Source: Candidatus Gastranaerophilales bacterium (GTDB lineage: Bacteria > Cyanobacteriota > Vampirovibrionia > Gastranaerophilales > Gastranaerophilaceae). Taken from it: 64,000 nt of DNA. Made by a program: the position numbers and the translations under genes. Where the stretch lies: assembly GCA_944323425.1 (NCBI GenBank), contig CALUSL010000004.1, forward strand, positions 1,778 to 65,777. Direction: 5' to 3'. Of the stretch, positions 43,131-53,443 are shown in pieces. Under the pieces are notes generated by a model. It had not been told where the DNA came from. It made no database searches and saw only the letters and a list, made by a program, of their open reading frames with translations. The first letter of the stretch is position 1; every line of letters starts with the position of its first letter.

Positions 43131-44888
43131 TCAGGATACTGATAAATTGCTGTAACCGTTGAAATCGAAATTACCACCGCTATTTATATCTATACAAGTT
43201 TCACCGGTCAATTTTTCAACCGACTGTTCTCTCTCCCTGAATATTGATGCAAGTTTCAGGTAATGTTTTGCTTCTTTGACTTTCCCAAGATTTAGTAGTG
43301 TACAGCCCAGTCCGTTGATGCAATTTTCTTTTATTATATCACTTATTGAGTTATTTTGCATAGCAATATTTAATGCGGTTCTGAAATGTTTTTCCGCTTT
43401 CTCAAAATTAAACAATGATGCGCTTGTTTTAGCCAGATTCAATTCATCTGTTATCAAAATGGGTAAATCATTTTTCTTAATATTTCTTAACAATAATTGT
43501 TCTTTTTTATAATTCTGTGCTGTTTGATACAAATTTAGAGCTCTTAGACTGTTTCCGGAGCGTTCAGCATCCTTTGCAGAAAAAATAATATTCTTATATA
43601 CAAAATCTTCAGTGCTATTCGCTATTTCATCAGTTTCTTTTATATCGTCAGCAACAGCATTGCATGTACTGAAACACGCCCCGAACATAGACTGAACACT
43701 CGGTCTCTGGCTGCGTTCATAGTTGCAATTTTTGAAAATTACTTCATTATCATCGTTTACATCGAAAAAGAGTTTCAAAGAGCTGTCAACAAATCTGCCT
43801 TTCAAGTAAAGTCTTTCACCGGCAATCTGTTCTTCTGAGAAAATAGCTTCTATAGGAAAGAGTTTATTCCTGAACTTTTCCTCCGCAAATTTTTGACCGC
43901 TTTTTAAATATTTTTTTAATTCCAGCACTTCGTCATTATTAGCCAGCACGTCTTGTAATTTCACTCCAACAAAACGCGTCAGAGAAGCAAGTTTGTCCAT
44001 ATATCGAATATCGGGATACTGGTTTGTAATCCTGTCTGTGAAACTAAATCCCTCGAGTTTTCCGTCTTTGCGTACCGGATAGAGATTGTAAATCCCTCGT
44101 TTTGCTTTTGTTTCGAGATTATCATAAGAAGAGTAAAGGTGCTGTTTGCCATCAGCGTCCAGAAGTTTAACTATCTCTGCGTCAGCAAGTTCCATGAGAT
44201 TGAATTCATACCAGTTGTTTTTCTTTATGTAGTCTGACGTTTGTTTTATCTTTCCGTCAATATCCACACCTGTGCTCAAATAGTGATACAGCTCAGGTTT
44301 TAAATCGTCACGTTCTGTCAAATACTTAATAGATTGATATTCAGGGTGACCAGCAGGAACATAAACTTTTATATCATTGTCCACAGCCTTTTTTATTTCT
44401 TGAAGAAGCGGATACATGTATTCTACCTTTAGACCCAGCGGATCAAGATAATCTATATATTTTCTGTATTTTTCCGGCTCTTCACTGATTTTTTTTAAAA
44501 ACTCGATAATCTGCGGTTTATTTTCCTTTACATTCTGAGGTGTTAAATAAATATCTTTACCGGTAACTGCCTTCATCTGGTCTGTCAAGTTCAAAAGCGG
44601 TACTCCGACCAGAACAGGTATAATCATATATTCTGGCTGCAGATCTTTTGGCAGATTATTTATCTCTTTTAATACATTCAAAAGACCATCCACCTGTTTC
44701 AGGTCAGGTTCTGTTGAATTAGGCACAACATTTATCTGTTTTAATACAGCGTCTTTTGGAAGAACTGTTTTGGCAAAATTTCGGACATCGTCTCCGTGTT
44801 TGCCGTTATCAAGCAGGTATACGCTATATGCGCCAAACACAGGTTTTTTAGTTTTAGTCTGGTATATATTAAATGGATAGATTTTCAA
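43131..44888 (-). CDS. Hypothetical protein with C-terminal TPR-like repeats (585 aa)
   Basis: TTG start. The last ~150 aa show TPR-like helices (LRALNLYQTAQNY, FEKAEKHFRTALNIA, LGKVKEAKHYLKLAS). The N-terminal ~430 aa are unassigned. Confidence 0.6.
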   Translation of the reverse strand: MKIYPFNIYQTKTKKPVFGAYSVYLLDNGKHGDDVRNFAKTVLPKDAVLKQINVVPNSTEPDLKQVDGLLNVLKEINNLPKDLQPEYMIIPVLVGVPLLNLTDQMKAVTGKDIYLTPQNVKENKPQIIEFLKKISEEPEKYRKYIDYLDPLGLKVEYMYPLLQEIKKAVDNDIKVYVPAGHPEYQSIKYLTERDDLKPELYHYLSTGVDIDGKIKQTSDYIKKNNWYEFNLMELADAEIVKLLDADGKQHLYSSYDNLETKAKRGIYNLYPVRKDGKLEGFSFTDRITNQYPDIRYMDKLASLTRFVGVKLQDVLANNDEVLELKKYLKSGQKFAEEKFRNKLFPIEAIFSEEQIAGERLYLKGRFVDSSLKLFFDVNDDNEVIFKNCNYERSQRPSVQSMFGACFSTCNAVADDIKETDEIANSTEDFVYKNIIFSAKDAERSGNSLRALNLYQTAQNYKKEQLLLRNIKKNDLPILITDELNLAKTSASLFNFEKAEKHFRTALNIAMQNNSISDIIKENCINGLGCTLLNLGKVKEAKHYLKLASIFREREQSVEKLTGETCIDINSGGNFDFNGYSNLSVS

Positions 44889-44981
44889 TTTGTCAGTGAC
44901 CTGTTTTTAATTATTTTAAAACAGGAAATGATTTTTATTACCATCCGACAGGTGTAAAAGTTACATTTTTTTACTAATTTG

Positions 44982-45272
44982 TTAATTACATTCTCGGTAA
45001 TGCAGACGTTCGCCGGTGAGAGAATTAAAGAAATCACATGTTCCGCACCAGGTATCGTTCTGCAGTAAAATTCCTCCTGGAAGTTTATATTCTATAAAGC
45101 GTCCGCCAGTGTGTATATCATATATGACGAAAGGAATTTCATTTTTGTTTAGAAAGTATTCGATGTTGGCACTCAGTGCAATTTCTTCGCTTGTCACTGT
45201 GTGGTGCCCGGTTTTCGTATCAGCGGATATGATGAATATTTTTTTGTTGCTGGAGTTCATCTCGAATACCAA
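44982..45272 (-). CDS. Hypothetical protein (92-96 aa)
   Basis: ORF co-directional with the TPR gene. The start is ambiguous: TTG at 45272 or ATG at 45260. No motif recognised. Confidence 0.4.
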   Translation of the reverse strand: MVFEMNSSNKKIFIISADTKTGHHTVTSEEIALSANIEYFLNKNEIPFVIYDIHTGGRFIEYKLPGGILLQNDTWCGTCDFFNSLTGERLHYRECN

Positions 45273-45436
45273 TATACTTTCTTATGTATTAATAAAAACA
45301 TTAGCCTTTTTTAAATTTCAAAAGTAGGAGTTATTTTTACATTGGTTAACAGTGTCTTTTTTACTCGAAATGTTGTATTTACAGCATATTTATAAATATA
45401 TACAATGAGTAGTGGGAAAATATTGAAAGGATTAGT

Positions 45437-45937
45437 ATGAAAGATACGGAAAAAGTTTTGAACTGTCCGGCTTGCGGCAAAGAAATGAAAAAAGTGTGGT
45501 TTGAGGACAGAGGATTTTTTGTTGATATATGCACAGACGGTTGTGGCGGTGTCTGGCTTGATAACAGAGAATTAGACAAGATAGACGAACGTTTTGAAAA
45601 TGCTGATTCAATTCTTGAAGAACTGGAAGGAAAGACTTTCTCGGAAGTTGACAGAACAAAAGACAGATTCTGCCCTGTCTGTGGAGCAAAGATGGTGAAA
45701 TGCAACTATACTGATGACAGCACGCCAGTAAAAATTGATGCTTGTTATTCTTGTGGCGGAAAATTTTTGGACAATGACGAGCTGCGTGCTATTCGCCAGA
45801 CATTTCATGGCGAACCGGATATGGTTGATGACGCGCTGACTGTTCGTAAATATGTTCCCAAAGGTAATTCCGGAATTGTTTTATTATTTCAGGGTATTAC
45901 GAATAAGGTTTTGCCTCATTTTAAATATGACGAATAA
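45437..45937 (+). CDS. Tandem TFIIB-type zinc-ribbon (zf-TFIIB / PF13453-like) protein
   Basis: Two copies of the pattern CPxCG...(x)...C..CGG.WLD..EL..I (CPACGKEM...CTDGCGGVWLDNRELDKI and CPVCGAKM...CYSCGGKFLDNDELRAI). Confidence 0.65.
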   Translation: MKDTEKVLNCPACGKEMKKVWFEDRGFFVDICTDGCGGVWLDNRELDKIDERFENADSILEELEGKTFSEVDRTKDRFCPVCGAKMVKCNYTDDSTPVKIDACYSCGGKFLDNDELRAIRQTFHGEPDMVDDALTVRKYVPKGNSGIVLLFQGITNKVLPHFKYDE

Positions 45938-45978
45938 AGCTGATTTATACGTCCGGATATAAATATATCAAAAAATTA

Positions 45979-46008
45979 TTGACATACTCCCTTTGTGCAA
46001 GCTAAAAT
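45979..46008 (+). promoter_or_regulatory. Sigma70-type promoter candidate for the rfb operon (TTGACA-18 nt-TAAAAT)
   Basis: Consensus -35 at 45979-45984 and -10 at 46003-46008, 20 nt upstream of the rfbC ATG region. Confidence 0.55.
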
Positions 46009-46028
46009 TAGACAGAGGGAGTATTATT

Positions 46029-46577
46029 ATGCCTTTTGAATTTGAACCTACTGAACTGAAAGATGTAATCCTTGTTAAGCCTAGAGTATTTGGAGATAGT
46101 CGCGGATTTTTTATGGAAACTTATAAAAAATCGGAATTTTTCCAATACGGTATAACGACTGAATTTGTTCAGGATAATCACTCAAAATCTACCAGAGGTG
46201 TTTTAAGAGGACTTCATTATCAGAAGGCTCCCCGTGCTCAAGCAAAACTAGTTAGATGCCCGAAAGGTAAGGTGTTTGATGTCGCTGTCGATATAAGGAA
46301 AGATTCTCCTGATTTCGGTAAGTGGGTCGGCGCTGTTCTGTCCGAGGAAAACAAGCACATGCTCTTCATTCCCGAAGGGTTTGCGCACGGTTTTGTTGTT
46401 TTGAGTGATGAGGCTGAACTGATATATAAGGCTTCGGATGAATACTCTCCTGAAAATGACAGAGGCATAAAATGGAATGATCCTGACATCGGTATAGACT
46501 GGGGTATTGACTTTGAACCGCTTGTTAGTGAAAAAGATGCAAAACAACCGTTCTTGAAAGACTGTGGAGACTTATAA
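46029..46577 (+). CDS. rfbC: dTDP-4-dehydrorhamnose 3,5-epimerase
   Basis: Cupin with DSRGFFMETY, RGLHYQ and FIPEGFAHGF. I trimmed the start to the ATG at 46029 after AGAGGGAG. Confidence 0.92.
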   Translation: MPFEFEPTELKDVILVKPRVFGDSRGFFMETYKKSEFFQYGITTEFVQDNHSKSTRGVLRGLHYQKAPRAQAKLVRCPKGKVFDVAVDIRKDSPDFGKWVGAVLSEENKHMLFIPEGFAHGFVVLSDEAELIYKASDEYSPENDRGIKWNDPDIGIDWGIDFEPLVSEKDAKQPFLKDCGDL

Positions 46578-47560
46578 TGAAAATAATGGTGACCGGCGGC
46601 GCCGGCTTTATTGGAAGCTGTTTTGTCCGTCATATGCTGGAGCAACATCCTGATTACAAAATCATAAACCTTGATGCGCTCACATATGCAGGAAATATTG
46701 CAAATCTTGATGATGTTAAAAACAATCCGAATTATTCGTTTGTGCATGGTAATATTTGTGACAAAAAACTCGTACGTGAGCTTGTGAGCGAATGTGACGC
46801 TATTGTCAATTTTGCTGCGGAAAGCCATGTTGACCGCTCGATTACAGGTCCTGAAATTTTTATTGAAACAAACGTTCAAGGAACTCTGAATCTTTTGCAA
46901 AATGCAAAAGAAGCTGGAGTGCAAAGATATCTGCAGGTATCAACAGATGAAGTTTACGGTACGCTCGGAAAAACCGGTTACTTCTACGAAACTACTCCGC
47001 TTGCTCCAAATTCACCTTATTCAGCGTCGAAAGCAAGCGCTGACCTTCTTGTGCGCGCGTATTTTGAGACTTACAAAATGCCTGTTTTGACTACGCGTTG
47101 TTCTAACAATTACGGTCCGTACCAGTACCCGGAAAAGCTTATACCATTCTTTATTTCACGACTTTTGAACAACAAAAAAGTTCCTGTCTACGGGGACGGA
47201 ATGAACGTCAGAGACTGGCTCTATGTTTATGACCACTGTGCCGCAATCGACACTGTACTGCACAAGGGCAGAGTCGGAGAAGTCTACAATATAGGCGGTC
47301 ACAATGAAAAAACGAATCTCGAAATTACCAGAATAATACTGAACGCAATGGGTAAGGATGAATCCAGTATTGAATATGTTGAAGACAGGCTCGGGCATGA
47401 TAGACGTTATGCCATCGACAACAAAAAAATTCAAACAGAACTCGGCTGGAAGCCATCGGTGACATTTGAAGAGGGCATAAAACTTACTATAGACTGGTAT
47501 TTAAAAAATCAAGACTGGATAAAATCAATTGAAAATAAGAAAGCAGGTCTTGTCGGATGA
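46577..47560 (+). CDS. rfbB: dTDP-glucose 4,6-dehydratase
   Basis: [19 protein letters not shown] and YSASKASADLLV (YxxxK). TAATG overlap with rfbC. Confidence 0.93.
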   Translation: MKIMVTGGAGFIGSCFVRHMLEQHPDYKIINLDALTYAGNIANLDDVKNNPNYSFVHGNICDKKLVRELVSECDAIVNFAAESHVDRSITGPEIFIETNVQGTLNLLQNAKEAGVQRYLQVSTDEVYGTLGKTGYFYETTPLAPNSPYSASKASADLLVRAYFETYKMPVLTTRCSNNYGPYQYPEKLIPFFISRLLNNKKVPVYGDGMNVRDWLYVYDHCAAIDTVLHKGRVGEVYNIGGHNEKTNLEITRIILNAMGKDESSIEYVEDRLGHDRRYAIDNKKIQTELGWKPSVTFEEGIKLTIDWYLKNQDWIKSIENKKAGLVG

Positions 47561-48372
47561 AGGTGCTTGTGACCGGTGCTCACGGAATGCTGGGCAAAGA
47601 TTTGTGCCCTGTTCTGGACGATTGTGGATATGATGTAATTGAGTGCGGTAGAAGTGAATTTGATGTCACTGATTATGATGCCGCAAAAAAATACATTGAA
47701 CGGGCAGAACTGGTTGTACATTGCGCAGCGTATACAAATGTCGACAAAGCGGAAGAAGATCCGCTTAATGAAGCTGTTAATGCAAAGGGCACTGAAAATA
47801 TTGCGAAACTTTGCGCTGAGCTTGATATACCTCTTGTTTATGTTTCAACGGACTATGTTTTTGACGGTACAAAAAAAACGCCTTACCTGCCTGATGATTC
47901 GACAAATCCCTTGAACGCATACGGGTTGGCAAAACTTCACGGCGAAGAGGCTGTGCAAAAGTACTGCAAAAAATATTATATAACAAGAACAAGCTGGCTC
48001 TACGGACACCATGGCAAAAATTTTGTCGAAACAATGATTGCGCTTGCTGATAAACCCGAAATCAGGGTCGTAAATGACCAGACCGGTTGTCCTACATGGA
48101 CTGTTGACCTGTCAAATGCAATTGCTGACCTGATTGAAGAAGCTCCGGAGTATGGGATTTATCATCTCTGCGGTGGCGGGCATACGACCTGGTATGGATT
48201 TGCAAAGGAAATTTTCAAGCTGTGCGGGCTTAATGTTAACCTGAATCCCTGCACAACTGAAGAGTTTCCTCGTCCGGCAAAACGCCCTGCCAATAGTATA
48301 ATGGATAATCAGGGAAGATGCAGAGACTGGAAAAAGGCGCTCAAGGATTACATAGAACTGAGGATTGAATAA
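47557..48372 (+). CDS. rfbD: dTDP-4-dehydrorhamnose reductase
   Basis: [18 protein letters not shown] and [13 protein letters not shown] overlap with rfbB. Confidence 0.92.
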   Translation: MKVLVTGAHGMLGKDLCPVLDDCGYDVIECGRSEFDVTDYDAAKKYIERAELVVHCAAYTNVDKAEEDPLNEAVNAKGTENIAKLCAELDIPLVYVSTDYVFDGTKKTPYLPDDSTNPLNAYGLAKLHGEEAVQKYCKKYYITRTSWLYGHHGKNFVETMIALADKPEIRVVNDQTGCPTWTVDLSNAIADLIEEAPEYGIYHLCGGGHTTWYGFAKEIFKLCGLNVNLNPCTTEEFPRPAKRPANSIMDNQGRCRDWKKALKDYIELRIE

Positions 48373-48373
48373 G

Positions 48374-49240
48374 ATGAAGGGCATAATTCTTGCGGGCGGT
48401 TCTGGCACAAGACTATATCCCAGTACAATCGCCGTATCAAAACAGCTTTTACCTATTTATGACAAACCGATGATTTTTCATCCGATTTCTGTTTTTATGC
48501 TTGCTGGAATTCGGGATATACTGATTATATCTACTCCTCAGGATTTACCTAATTTTAAAAAACTTCTCGGCTCGGGTGAACAGTACGGAGTGAAATTCAG
48601 CTACAAGGAACAACCCTCCCCGGATGGACTAGCACAGGCTTTTATTATTGGCGAAGAGTTTATTGCCGGTGACAAAGCAGCTCTTATTCTCGGGGATAAT
48701 ATTTTCTACGGCAGCGGCTTTTCTGGTACTTTGAAAAAATGCGTTGCAAAAAATAACAGGGCTACAGTGTTCGGATATTATGTGAAGGATCCTGAAAGAT
48801 TTGGTGTTGTGGAGTTTGACAGAACTGGAAAGGCTGTCTCAATTGAAGAAAAACCCAAAAAACCAAAGTCGAATTATGCTGTGACAGGGCTATACTTCTA
48901 TGATAATAAGGTTGTTGAGTATGCAAAATCACTGAAACCGTCGGCGCGTGGTGAGTTGGAGATTACTGATTTAAACAGAATTTATCTTGAAGAGGGAAGG
49001 CTGGATGTCGAAGTTCTGGGAAGAGGGTTTGCGTGGCTCGATACGGGAACGCATGAATCACTTTTGCAGGCGAGCCAGTTTATTCACACCATTGAAGAAA
49101 ATCAGGGTATAAAGATAGCCTGTCTGGAAGAAGTCGCATACAGAATGGGATTTGTGACAAAAGATTTTCTGCTTGAAAGCATTAAAAAGTACAAAAATAA
49201 TGAATATTTTGGATATATAGCGAATATGCTCGGAAAATAG
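48374..49240 (+). CDS. rfbA: Glucose-1-phosphate thymidylyltransferase
   Basis: [16 protein letters not shown]...[14 protein letters not shown] prefer the ATG at 48374 (GAGGA 10 nt upstream) over the TTG at 48365. Confidence 0.93.
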   Translation: MKGIILAGGSGTRLYPSTIAVSKQLLPIYDKPMIFHPISVFMLAGIRDILIISTPQDLPNFKKLLGSGEQYGVKFSYKEQPSPDGLAQAFIIGEEFIAGDKAALILGDNIFYGSGFSGTLKKCVAKNNRATVFGYYVKDPERFGVVEFDRTGKAVSIEEKPKKPKSNYAVTGLYFYDNKVVEYAKSLKPSARGELEITDLNRIYLEEGRLDVEVLGRGFAWLDTGTHESLLQASQFIHTIEENQGIKIACLEEVAYRMGFVTKDFLLESIKKYKNNEYFGYIANMLGK

Positions 49241-49242
49241 AG

Positions 49243-50112
49243 ATGGATATTTCAATAATACTTGTTAATTACAACACAAAAGATCTGACGCGAGACTGTC
49301 TAAAATCGATTTATGAAAAAGTTACTGGTATTGATTTTGATGTTTGGGTTGTGGACAACGGCTCTGTTGACGGCTCATGTGATATGATAAAAGAGGAGTT
49401 TCCTCAGGTAAACTTGATTGAGACAGGCGAAAATCTTGGATTCGGAAGGGCAAACAATCTAGCTATTGAAAAAAGCAGCGCAAAATATGTTTTTCTGTTG
49501 AATACGGACACTGTTCTCATAAACAATGCGCCGAAAATATTTTTCGATTTTATGGAAAAAAATGGCGAAGTTGGGGTTTGCGGGGGCAATCTCTACAATG
49601 CAAATGATGAGCATGTTCATTCTTACGGACATTTTCTCGATTTGAAAACGAAGCTGGTTCGTACGTTTCTGTTGAAGAACTTTTTCCCCGATGTAAGAGA
49701 AAAAGTTGACGACAAGGGCAACAATGAAAAAAATGAGTTCAAGGAGGTTGATCAGATAATAGGTGCGGATATGTTCGTAAGAAAAGAAGCACTGGAAAAA
49801 ACCGGATATTTTGATTCTGATTTCTTTTTATATTTTGAGGAGAGCGAGCTTCAGTACAGGATTTCAAAAGCGGGATACAAAGCTTTTATTCTGCCGGAGG
49901 CTAAAATTTATCATTTTGAGGGAAAATCCACGAAGAAAAAAAAGTACAAAACCGAAGCAAAGCTCAAAAGCGAATATCTTTTCTGCAAAAAATGCTACAA
50001 TCTCGGGCGATTCTCCCCGTATAAGCTTGTATTCTTTGCGTCACATTTTGTTAGACTTTTTGTTACGCCTTTGTTAATATTAAAAGTATGGTTTTACATA
50101 ATAAAGAGCTAA
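49243..50112 (+). CDS. Family 2 glycosyltransferase (rhamnosyltransferase-like)
   Basis: ISIILVNYNT, VVDNGSVDGS, NLGFGRANN and the FLLNTD (DxD region) GT-A motifs. Confidence 0.85.
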   Translation: MDISIILVNYNTKDLTRDCLKSIYEKVTGIDFDVWVVDNGSVDGSCDMIKEEFPQVNLIETGENLGFGRANNLAIEKSSAKYVFLLNTDTVLINNAPKIFFDFMEKNGEVGVCGGNLYNANDEHVHSYGHFLDLKTKLVRTFLLKNFFPDVREKVDDKGNNEKNEFKEVDQIIGADMFVRKEALEKTGYFDSDFFLYFEESELQYRISKAGYKAFILPEAKIYHFEGKSTKKKKYKTEAKLKSEYLFCKKCYNLGRFSPYKLVFFASHFVRLFVTPLLILKVWFYIIKS

Positions 50113-51137
50113 GTTACAAAAAAATTCTGATAATACGTCTTGGAGCAATAGGGGATGTCGTAAATAGTATGGTCATTCATCAGGCTATAAAAGAGAAACA
50201 TCCTGATGTTGAGATTCATTATATGACTCTGGATTACATAGCGCCGCTTTTGAAAAACGACAAAAATATTTCTAAAATATGGACCATTGAAAACTCAAAA
50301 AAGAAGGACATGTTCTATATTTTGAAAAAAGGTTTTGAGCTTAGAAAAGAACGATTCGACGCTGTTATCAGTCTTTCTAACTCAATCAGAAATGTTATTA
50401 TGAATATTATTGCTGCTCCAAAAATTATTGCCAGACGAAGCAAAAAGTCTGTAAACGGGCATGCTGTCGGTGCTTTTTTTAACAGTGCAGCTGTGCTTTT
50501 TGATGACCTTAAGCTGCCGCAGAGGGTTGTGCTTGAGGTCGATAATGACGCAAAGGAAAAAATTTCGAATATTATAAAAGAATATCCGCGTCCCTATATC
50601 GTCATAAACCCCGGCGGTGCTCACAACAGTGAGAGAGAAGGTCGAATCTGGCGAGAGGACTATTGGATTGAGACCGGAAACAGGCTGGTCGAAAAATACG
50701 GCGGAACTGTTTTTGTTGTGGGTGCAAAGTCTGAAAGAGAAGCGCACAAACCTTTTTTGAAAATAAAGAACTCTGTGCTTTTCTCCGGTGAGCTTTCTCT
50801 TATGGAAAGTGCTGCTCTGTATTCGTTTTCAGATCTTTTTCTCTCTATTGATTCCGGACCGTTGCATATTGCTGCGGCGCTTGGTGTAAAAGCTTTGAGC
50901 ATAATGGGTTCTACGGCAGGCAGAGCCTGCGGACCTTACAGCCCGAACGGTGCGTTTATTTCTCCTCTTTTGAAATGTGCGCCATGTAAAAAAACAAAAT
51001 GCCCGAAGCTGGTCGAGGGTGAAATTTATACGCCATGTATTTCTACTATCACACCTGATATGGTCATGAATAAAATTTCTGAGTTGAAGTTTTTAGACAA
51101 TAAAGAATCAAACAGTTCTGCTCTGCATGGTGTGTAA
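50088..51137 (+). CDS. Family 9 glycosyltransferase (LPS heptosyltransferase-like)
   Basis: KILIIRLGAIGDVV N-terminal motif and IDSGPLHIAAALG C-terminal motif. Confidence 0.8.
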   Translation: MVLHNKELSYKKILIIRLGAIGDVVNSMVIHQAIKEKHPDVEIHYMTLDYIAPLLKNDKNISKIWTIENSKKKDMFYILKKGFELRKERFDAVISLSNSIRNVIMNIIAAPKIIARRSKKSVNGHAVGAFFNSAAVLFDDLKLPQRVVLEVDNDAKEKISNIIKEYPRPYIVINPGGAHNSEREGRIWREDYWIETGNRLVEKYGGTVFVVGAKSEREAHKPFLKIKNSVLFSGELSLMESAALYSFSDLFLSIDSGPLHIAAALGVKALSIMGSTAGRACGPYSPNGAFISPLLKCAPCKKTKCPKLVEGEIYTPCISTITPDMVMNKISELKFLDNKESNSSALHGV

Positions 51138-51164
51138 AATACTATATAGAAAATAATTAGTATA

Positions 51165-52490
51165 TTATAATTTCACTGCAGACTTAGGCTCCGGCTTTCC
51201 TATGCATATATATTCAAAGCCTCTTTCTGCGAGTCTTTTCGGATTATACTGGTTTCTTCCGTCGAAAATAACCGGCTGTTTTAAATACTGTTTAATTTTA
51301 TCAAAATCCGGACGTCTAAATTCGTTCCACTCTGTCAGCAGCAGAAGTGCATCTGCATTTTCAAGTGCAGAATAAGAATTTTTTGCATAAGATATTTTGT
51401 CTCCGAATATAGAGTAAGCAAGCTCCATTGCCTTCGGGTCATATGCCTGAATCTTTGCACCGGCATCTAACAATGCGTTAATTATTGTGATGGATGGAGC
51501 TTCTCTCATGTCGTTTGTTTTAGGCTTGAATGCAAGCCCCCATATAGCAAAAACTCTATTTTTTAAATCGTTTTTAAAATGTTTTTTTACCTTTTCTATG
51601 AATATTTTTCTCTGCTGCTTATTTATTCTGTCTGCTGACTCAAGAAGTTCATACGAACACCCCGAATCTTTTGCGGTTTTTATCATAGCTTTAACGTCTT
51701 TTGGAAAACAGCTTCCTCCATAGCCGAGCCCGGCAAACAAGAAATGAGAACCGATTCTTTTGTCAGAACACATGCCTATTCTGACCATCTCAGCATCAGC
51801 ACCGACTTTTTCACAAATATTTGCAATCTCGTTTGCATACGAAATTTTTACTGCAAGAAAGGAATTTGCCGCATATTTTGTCATTTCCGCGGATTTTACA
51901 TCCATAAGAATTACAGGATTTCCGGTTCTCAAAAACGGAGAATACAGCTCCTGCATAATCTCCGTGGCTCTTTGGGAATTGGAGCCGATTACGACTCTAT
52001 CCGGTTTGAGAAAATCGTCTACAGCCGCACCCTGTTTCAGAAATTCGGGGTTTGATACAACATCGAACTCGTGCGAAGTATTTTTTGAAATAATTTCTGT
52101 CACCTTCTCTGCAGTACCGACAGGCACTGTGGATTTGTCCACAATAACCTTGTAGCCGTTCAGTGCTTTACCGATACTTTGTGCAACCTCGAATACGTAT
52201 TTCAAATCTGCTGAACCGTCCTCGCCCTGCGGTGTTCCTACAGCAATAAAGCAAATTAGCGATTTTTCAACAGCTGATTTCAGGTCATCTGAGAATTTTA
52301 GTCTGCCCTCACTGACATTGACTTTTATCAGTTCTTCCAGCCCGGGCTCGTATATCGGAACAATACCCTTCCATAGCTGTTCGAGCTTTTTTTTGTCGTT
52401 GTCTACGCAGATAACATCATTCCCCATCTCAGCAAGACATGTTCCGGCAACCAGCCCTACATAACCTGTTCCGACCACACAAACCTTCAT
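51165..52490 (-). CDS. ugd: UDP-glucose 6-dehydrogenase
   Basis: VVGTGYVGLV Rossmann motif and the GYGGSCFPKD catalytic Cys; 441 aa. Confidence 0.93.
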   Translation of the reverse strand: MKVCVVGTGYVGLVAGTCLAEMGNDVICVDNDKKKLEQLWKGIVPIYEPGLEELIKVNVSEGRLKFSDDLKSAVEKSLICFIAVGTPQGEDGSADLKYVFEVAQSIGKALNGYKVIVDKSTVPVGTAEKVTEIISKNTSHEFDVVSNPEFLKQGAAVDDFLKPDRVVIGSNSQRATEIMQELYSPFLRTGNPVILMDVKSAEMTKYAANSFLAVKISYANEIANICEKVGADAEMVRIGMCSDKRIGSHFLFAGLGYGGSCFPKDVKAMIKTAKDSGCSYELLESADRINKQQRKIFIEKVKKHFKNDLKNRVFAIWGLAFKPKTNDMREAPSITIINALLDAGAKIQAYDPKAMELAYSIFGDKISYAKNSYSALENADALLLLTEWNEFRRPDFDKIKQYLKQPVIFDGRNQYNPKRLAERGFEYICIGKPEPKSAVKL

Positions 52491-53443
52491 TATATTTCTC
52501 CTTTTAGTTTTTTATCAAAGTATTCTATTGTCTTTTGCAGCCCTGAACGAAGTTCTGTCGAAGGCTTCCAATCAAGCATTTCACCTGCAAGCGTAATATC
52601 AGGACGTCTCTGAGTCGGGTCATCAGAGGGCAGCGGCTTATGTACTATTTTTGAACTGCTGCCGGTGAGGTCTATTATTATTTTTGCAAATTCTATAATA
52701 GGCGTTTCAACAGTATTTCCGAGATTCACAGGTCCGATAAATCCTTTTTCGTTGTTCATCATTTTGATTGCGCCGTCCACAAGGTCATCTACATAACAGA
52801 AAGAACGTGTTTGCATACCATCTCCGTATACGGTAATATCTTCATTTTTCAGCGCTTGCACAATAAAATTCGAGACAACCCGTCCGTCATGTTCTGCCAT
52901 TCTCGGACCGTAGGTATTGAAAATACGGATAATTCTGATATCAACGCCATTCTGTCTGTGATAATCCATCATAAGAGTTTCAGCAACTCTTTTTCCTTCA
53001 TCATAGCAGCTTCTTATTCCGATAGGATTTACATTTCCCCAGTATGTTTCTGTCTGTGGATGTACTTTTGGATCACCGTATACTTCGCTTGTTGAAGCTT
53101 GCAAAATTCTTGCTTTGCAGCGTTTTGCAAGACCGAGCATATTTGTAACCCCGAGCACCGATGTTTTTATTGTTTTTATCGGATTGTATTGGTAGTGGAC
53201 AGGGCTTGCCGGGCAGGCAAAGTTATATATCTGCTTTACTTCTGCCATATACTCTTTTGTTATGTCATGTCTGACCAGCTCAAATCTGTTGCTGCCGAGA
53301 AGATGTCTTATATTATCTTTTGAACCTGTAAAAAAATTGTCAAGACAAATAATGTCATTTCCCTCATTGAGAAGTCTTTCGCATAAATGACTGCCTATAA
53401 AACCTGCTCCCCCTGTTATCAAAATCACTTTTTCTGCCTCCAA
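52490..53443 (-). CDS. uxs: UDP-glucuronate decarboxylase (UDP-xylose synthase)
   Basis: [39 protein letters not shown] and YDEGKR (YxxxK). Its stop shares one base with the ugd start. Confidence 0.88.
   Translation of the reverse strand: MEAEKVILITGGAGFIGSHLCERLLNEGNDIICLDNFFTGSKDNIRHLLGSNRFELVRHDITKEYMAEVKQIYNFACPASPVHYQYNPIKTIKTSVLGVTNMLGLAKRCKARILQASTSEVYGDPKVHPQTETYWGNVNPIGIRSCYDEGKRVAETLMMDYHRQNGVDIRIIRIFNTYGPRMAEHDGRVVSNFIVQALKNEDITVYGDGMQTRSFCYVDDLVDGAIKMMNNEKGFIGPVNLGNTVETPIIEFAKIIIDLTGSSSKIVHKPLPSDDPTQRRPDITLAGEMLDWKPSTELRSGLQKTIEYFDKKLKGEI

Noticed and set aside
43131-44888. Subtilase-like catalytic motifs in the 585-aa TPR protein (LLDNG, KHGDDV, VPAGH, GACFSTC)
   Set aside because: The putative Asp and His are only 4 residues apart instead of about 30, and the Ser position would be Cys. 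The resemblance is motif-spotting without collinear spacing, so I make no protease call.
46238-46924. 228-aa and 99-aa minus-strand ORFs
   Set aside because: They are antisense to rfbC/rfbB, which carry textbook motifs. They are shadow frames with no SD.
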